Shown in pieces: positions 35,183-38,083 of a DNA stretch of 38,083 nucleotides. The notes beneath the pieces are model-generated. The model made no database searches. It saw only the letters and a list, made by a program, of their open reading frames with translations, and had not been told where the DNA came from. How positions within the stretch are numbered: position 1 is the first letter of the stretch; each line of letters begins with the position of its first letter. The position numbers were made by a program, and so were the translations under genes. Source of the DNA: a virus (taxonomy: Duplodnaviria; Heunggongvirae; Uroviricota; Caudoviricetes); the IMG/VR virus record IMGVR_UViG_2913192161_000003, positions 1-38,083 of that record; one strand, 5' to 3'.

Positions 35183-35832
35183 ATATTCAACGGTTCGACT
35201 TCTCTCTGGATTTGATGAAGGTTTTAAAGTGGGAGTATGATCAGTCACCGAACCTGGTGAATATTTTTAACCTGAAGCAGAAATGGTATGGCGATAATCA
35301 TCAGGTTTTCTGGACCTCGTGGGAAAGGGATGTGTTCAATCTGTTTACTGCGAATGATTTCGGGCTGAATGTCTGGGCAATCATCCTTAACCTACCTCTG
35401 TATACCGAATCAAAAGCGAGCCCCGCAAACTATCCAGCATTTGGATTTGCAGATATTGGCCTGAATTTCGGCAGAAGTAACTTCGCGGTTGATGTTGACT
35501 CAGTAAATAAACTTACGGTCGAGCAAAAGCGACAATTACTTCGCATGCGTTGGTGGCAGATAACTTCCGATGGCTCAATGCCTTCCATAAACCATGCTTT
35601 ATATGACGTGTTCGGGAAGGATGTCTACGCACTTGATGGGCAGGATATGACTATAACCGTTGTTTATCAGATTATCCTTCCAGATATCATGATGAGGCTC
35701 CTTCAGGATTTCGACCTTATACCCAGACCATCAGGCGTCAAATTCAACCATCTTGTTAAACCACGAGATGCTTTTGGGTTTGCTGACTATAACCTCAATT
35801 TCGATCAGAATAATTCACAATTTGGGAGTTAA
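35179..35832 (+). CDS. Baseplate/tail protein (gpI-like, DUF2612-like)
   Basis: 217 aa between the J-like and tail fibre genes. Confidence 0.5.
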   Translation: MNIQRFDFSLDLMKVLKWEYDQSPNLVNIFNLKQKWYGDNHQVFWTSWERDVFNLFTANDFGLNVWAIILNLPLYTESKASPANYPAFGFADIGLNFGRSNFAVDVDSVNKLTVEQKRQLLRMRWWQITSDGSMPSINHALYDVFGKDVYALDGQDMTITVVYQIILPDIMMRLLQDFDLIPRPSGVKFNHLVKPRDAFGFADYNLNFDQNNSQFGS

Positions 35833-35833
35833 T

Positions 35834-36700
35834 ATGACCTCATTTATTAAGGTCCCCTTTGCATCATCAGGGGATAAAGCTGCCGTGCCTGATACTGATG
35901 CTGGAGGCGGTGTAAATATGACACAGGGGTATGGTCAGGCTTACTCTTTGGATCCTGCCACTGACCCATCAGCAAAACGAATTGAACGCGATAAGATGAA
36001 CTGGTTATTCAACAGAATAACTCAGGCAATTAATGAAATTCAGTCAGGTGGCGTCGCACCTTTTATTACCAGTGCAGATAATGGTGGATCTGCGTTCTCT
36101 TATGGTAAAGGTGCTTTAGTTTCGTTGAGCGGGGTTGTTTATCAGTCTTTGGTGGCGAGCAATACAAGCACTCCACCAGGCGCGAACTGGTCAGCATTGC
36201 CAGAAAAAATACAACCCCTCGACGCAACCTTAACAGCTCTTGCTGGTCTTGTTGGTGTGGCCAATAAGCTCCCGTACTTCAACGGTGATGACACTGCGGC
36301 ACTGGCTGACCTGACGCAAGTAGGTAGGGACATCATCGGCAAAACTGATATCGCTGCGGTTCTCCAATACCTTGGTTTGAAAACCGCCGCACAACGCGAC
36401 GTTGGGACTGGCACAAATCAAATTCCTGACATGAACGCTTTTAGCTCTGGCTCCGGCTGGCAGAAATTACCAGGAGGCAGGATTCTGCAGTGGCGGGGAA
36501 TAGCCAATGGCCCTGGGGATATTACAAGCCCGCTACCCATTCCATTTCCAAATCGCGCAATAGGATGGGCAATTACGTCCGATTATGTACCAGGGTCAGG
36601 CGGAGTTGGCACAATAGCCGGGACGTGTACTGCAACGAATATCATTTCACGAAATACAAATGTGAGCACTGGTGGTAGCGCTATCGTAGTGGGGGAATAG
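35834..36700 (+). CDS. Tail fibre protein
   Basis: ORF 35753..36700; start at ATG 35834 (MTSFIKVPFASSGDKAAVPDTDAGG), an N-terminus typical of enterobacterial tail fibres; G/S/T-rich C-terminus. Confidence 0.6.
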   Translation: MTSFIKVPFASSGDKAAVPDTDAGGGVNMTQGYGQAYSLDPATDPSAKRIERDKMNWLFNRITQAINEIQSGGVAPFITSADNGGSAFSYGKGALVSLSGVVYQSLVASNTSTPPGANWSALPEKIQPLDATLTALAGLVGVANKLPYFNGDDTAALADLTQVGRDIIGKTDIAAVLQYLGLKTAAQRDVGTGTNQIPDMNAFSSGSGWQKLPGGRILQWRGIANGPGDITSPLPIPFPNRAIGWAITSDYVPGSGGVGTIAGTCTATNIISRNTNVSTGGSAIVVGE

Positions 36701-36702
36701 GT

Positions 36703-37125
36703 ATGAGAACGTATCGCTATGACGCAATAACAAACGCATTTTATCCGTATGAGCTACAGAATGAGTATGAACAAGCAGGGATGTGGCCGGAGTCGGGCCA
36801 TGATGTGAATGAAGATATTTTTCAGCAATTCATCAACCCTCCCGCAGGTAAGGTGCGTGTTGCCGGGAATGACGGAATGCCAGCATGGGGGGATATTCCG
36901 CCACCGGCTCATGATGAACTCGTTGCGGTAGCAGATGTGAAAAAAGCAGCACTATTGGCAGAAGCGTCAGTCGTTATCGCCCCGCTGGCTGATGCGCTGG
37001 CGGGCGGTTATATCGATGACGCTGACGTGCCGCGACTGGCAGCATGGCAGAAATATCGCTATGCACTGACGAAAGTGGATACATCAACTGCGCCGGATAT
37101 CACCTGGCCGCTGCAACCAGTGTAG
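36703..37125 (+). CDS. Tail fibre assembly chaperone (Tfa)
   Basis: 140 aa directly after the fibre gene; Tfa-like N-terminal YDAxTNAFYP and C-terminal W-P-L-Q-P motifs. Confidence 0.65.
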   Translation: MRTYRYDAITNAFYPYELQNEYEQAGMWPESGHDVNEDIFQQFINPPAGKVRVAGNDGMPAWGDIPPPAHDELVAVADVKKAALLAEASVVIAPLADALAGGYIDDADVPRLAAWQKYRYALTKVDTSTAPDITWPLQPV

Positions 37126-37230
37126 AAATCTTTAGTGTAAATCGTCAAAGATGCTGGCGACTTGATGATCGATGACGGTATCAGTGATGATAATTTACAG
37201 GTTGTACGGGAATAATACATGACAATTTGA

Positions 37231-37280
37231 ATGGGGTATAATAGATAAATAATACATCATCATACCCCATTTTCGCTATT
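37231..37280 (+). terminator. Hairpin between the convergent tail and acyltransferase genes
   Basis: 9-bp perfect inverted repeat ATGGGGTAT / ATACCCCAT with 23-nt AT-rich loop followed by TTTTCGCTATT. Confidence 0.4.
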
Positions 37281-37309
37281 ATCTATTGGCAAAAATATTC
37301 TTAATACCT

Positions 37310-38083
37310 TTATATTTGCCTACCTCCTAATAAAATGTGTGAGGTGTATTTGTTGGTTTTCAATAACCTTGCTACAATTATGCAGGTGGTTACAATAAGG
37401 AAAACAAATGAAGGGGTTATGATGAGGTTATATATGAGTGGATTTTCGCATAGGTTATTAATGTTCACGTATGCCTCTATTCTGTAAAAAATAAACGACG
37501 AAATTATATAGATAGGAAATGTGTAAATACCGACAAAGGATGTGGTTCGTATAAATAAATTATTTTTCGTTGATAAAAATGTATATGCATATATAAGCGA
37601 CATGCTTCCGGCGAAGCCAATGAAGTAGCGAAATATAATAATGAATGATTGATGCCAGAAATCAACATTATCATATGTCATTTTAGATATGTAAATATAA
37701 TACTCCCTATTCCATAGGAGAAGCATACCAATCCATGTTAATACGGATAAGACACCAAGTTTGTGCCTATTTTTAGAGGCGAAGTCTAAAATGCGATGGG
37801 CGAATATACCAGCGATAAAATAAGGGGCCATAAATTTAATTTTGTCCATATTCCAATCATCTCCATATGCAAGAGATATACTAAAGAACAGTAAATAAAG
37901 CACCGCAGAATATTGTTTGCTTATTGAGTGACAAATAGTATAAGCAATAGATACTGCAAAGAGTGCGGAAAGGAACCAGAAGGCGTAGATGGCTCCATAT
38001 CTAATATTTATTAAATTTATATCTCTTCCCACAAAAATGGATTCAGCAATGAACCATGCAATGGATGGGATTATTAATTGCAT
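37310..38083 (-). CDS. Acyltransferase family 3 integral membrane protein (O-antigen acetylase-like), N-terminus beyond the window
   Basis: 257 aa visible, very hydrophobic multi-TM and aromatic-rich; strongly AT-rich; located after the tail fibre genes, a common place for lysogenic-conversion genes; the ORF runs to the window edge so the true start is probably outside. Confidence 0.65.
   Translation of the reverse strand: MQLIIPSIAWFIAESIFVGRDINLINIRYGAIYAFWFLSALFAVSIAYTICHSISKQYSAVLYLLFFSISLAYGDDWNMDKIKFMAPYFIAGIFAHRILDFASKNRHKLGVLSVLTWIGMLLLWNREYYIYISKMTYDNVDFWHQSFIIIFRYFIGFAGSMSLIYAYTFLSTKNNLFIRTTSFVGIYTFPIYIISSFIFYRIEAYVNINNLCENPLIYNLIITPSFVFLIVTTCIIVARLLKTNKYTSHILLGGRQI

Noticed and set aside
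1-38083. Search for integrase, att sites, tRNA, rRNA and CRISPR arrays
   Set aside because: None were visible: the window starts inside or next to the excisionase-like gene and ends inside the acyltransferase, so prophage boundaries and any integrase or tRNA target lie outside the window.

Overview
This window reads as about 38 kb of an integrated enterobacterial prophage with lambda-like regulation and a contractile-tail (myovirus-like) structural module. Left to right: an excisionase-like gene and a minus-strand early-left operon (TraR-like zinc finger, phage N6-adenine methyltransferase, YqaJ exonuclease, RecT, coiled-coil protein, several tiny coupled ORFs); an immunity region (CI-like repressor 7332-8024 divergent from a Cro-like gene, with ATCGC-N4-GCGAT operator-like palindromes); a CII-like gene, lambda O/P-type replication genes with 12-bp iterons inside O; a nin-like region (NinB, YbcO-like, RusA-like); a Q-like antiterminator followed by tandem terminators; a lysis cassette (two membrane proteins, GH108 endolysin, overlapping spanins); terminase small/large, portal, MuF head morphogenesis, scaffold-like, major capsid; sheath, tube, chaperone with a -1 frameshift site, tape measure, baseplate, tail fibre and assembly chaperone; and a truncated AT-rich acyltransferase at the right edge. 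Three AT-rich cargo insertions are the best candidates for an undescribed function: a two-gene cassette between the tail chaperone and tape measure genes (28380-29470), an opposite-strand membrane-anchored gene at the bor-equivalent position (16069-16581), and a gene convergent on cI with repressor-operator-like repeats upstream (6943-7317). All functional calls are from reading the translations and motifs by eye; no database search was run, and no tRNA, rRNA or CRISPR array was seen.
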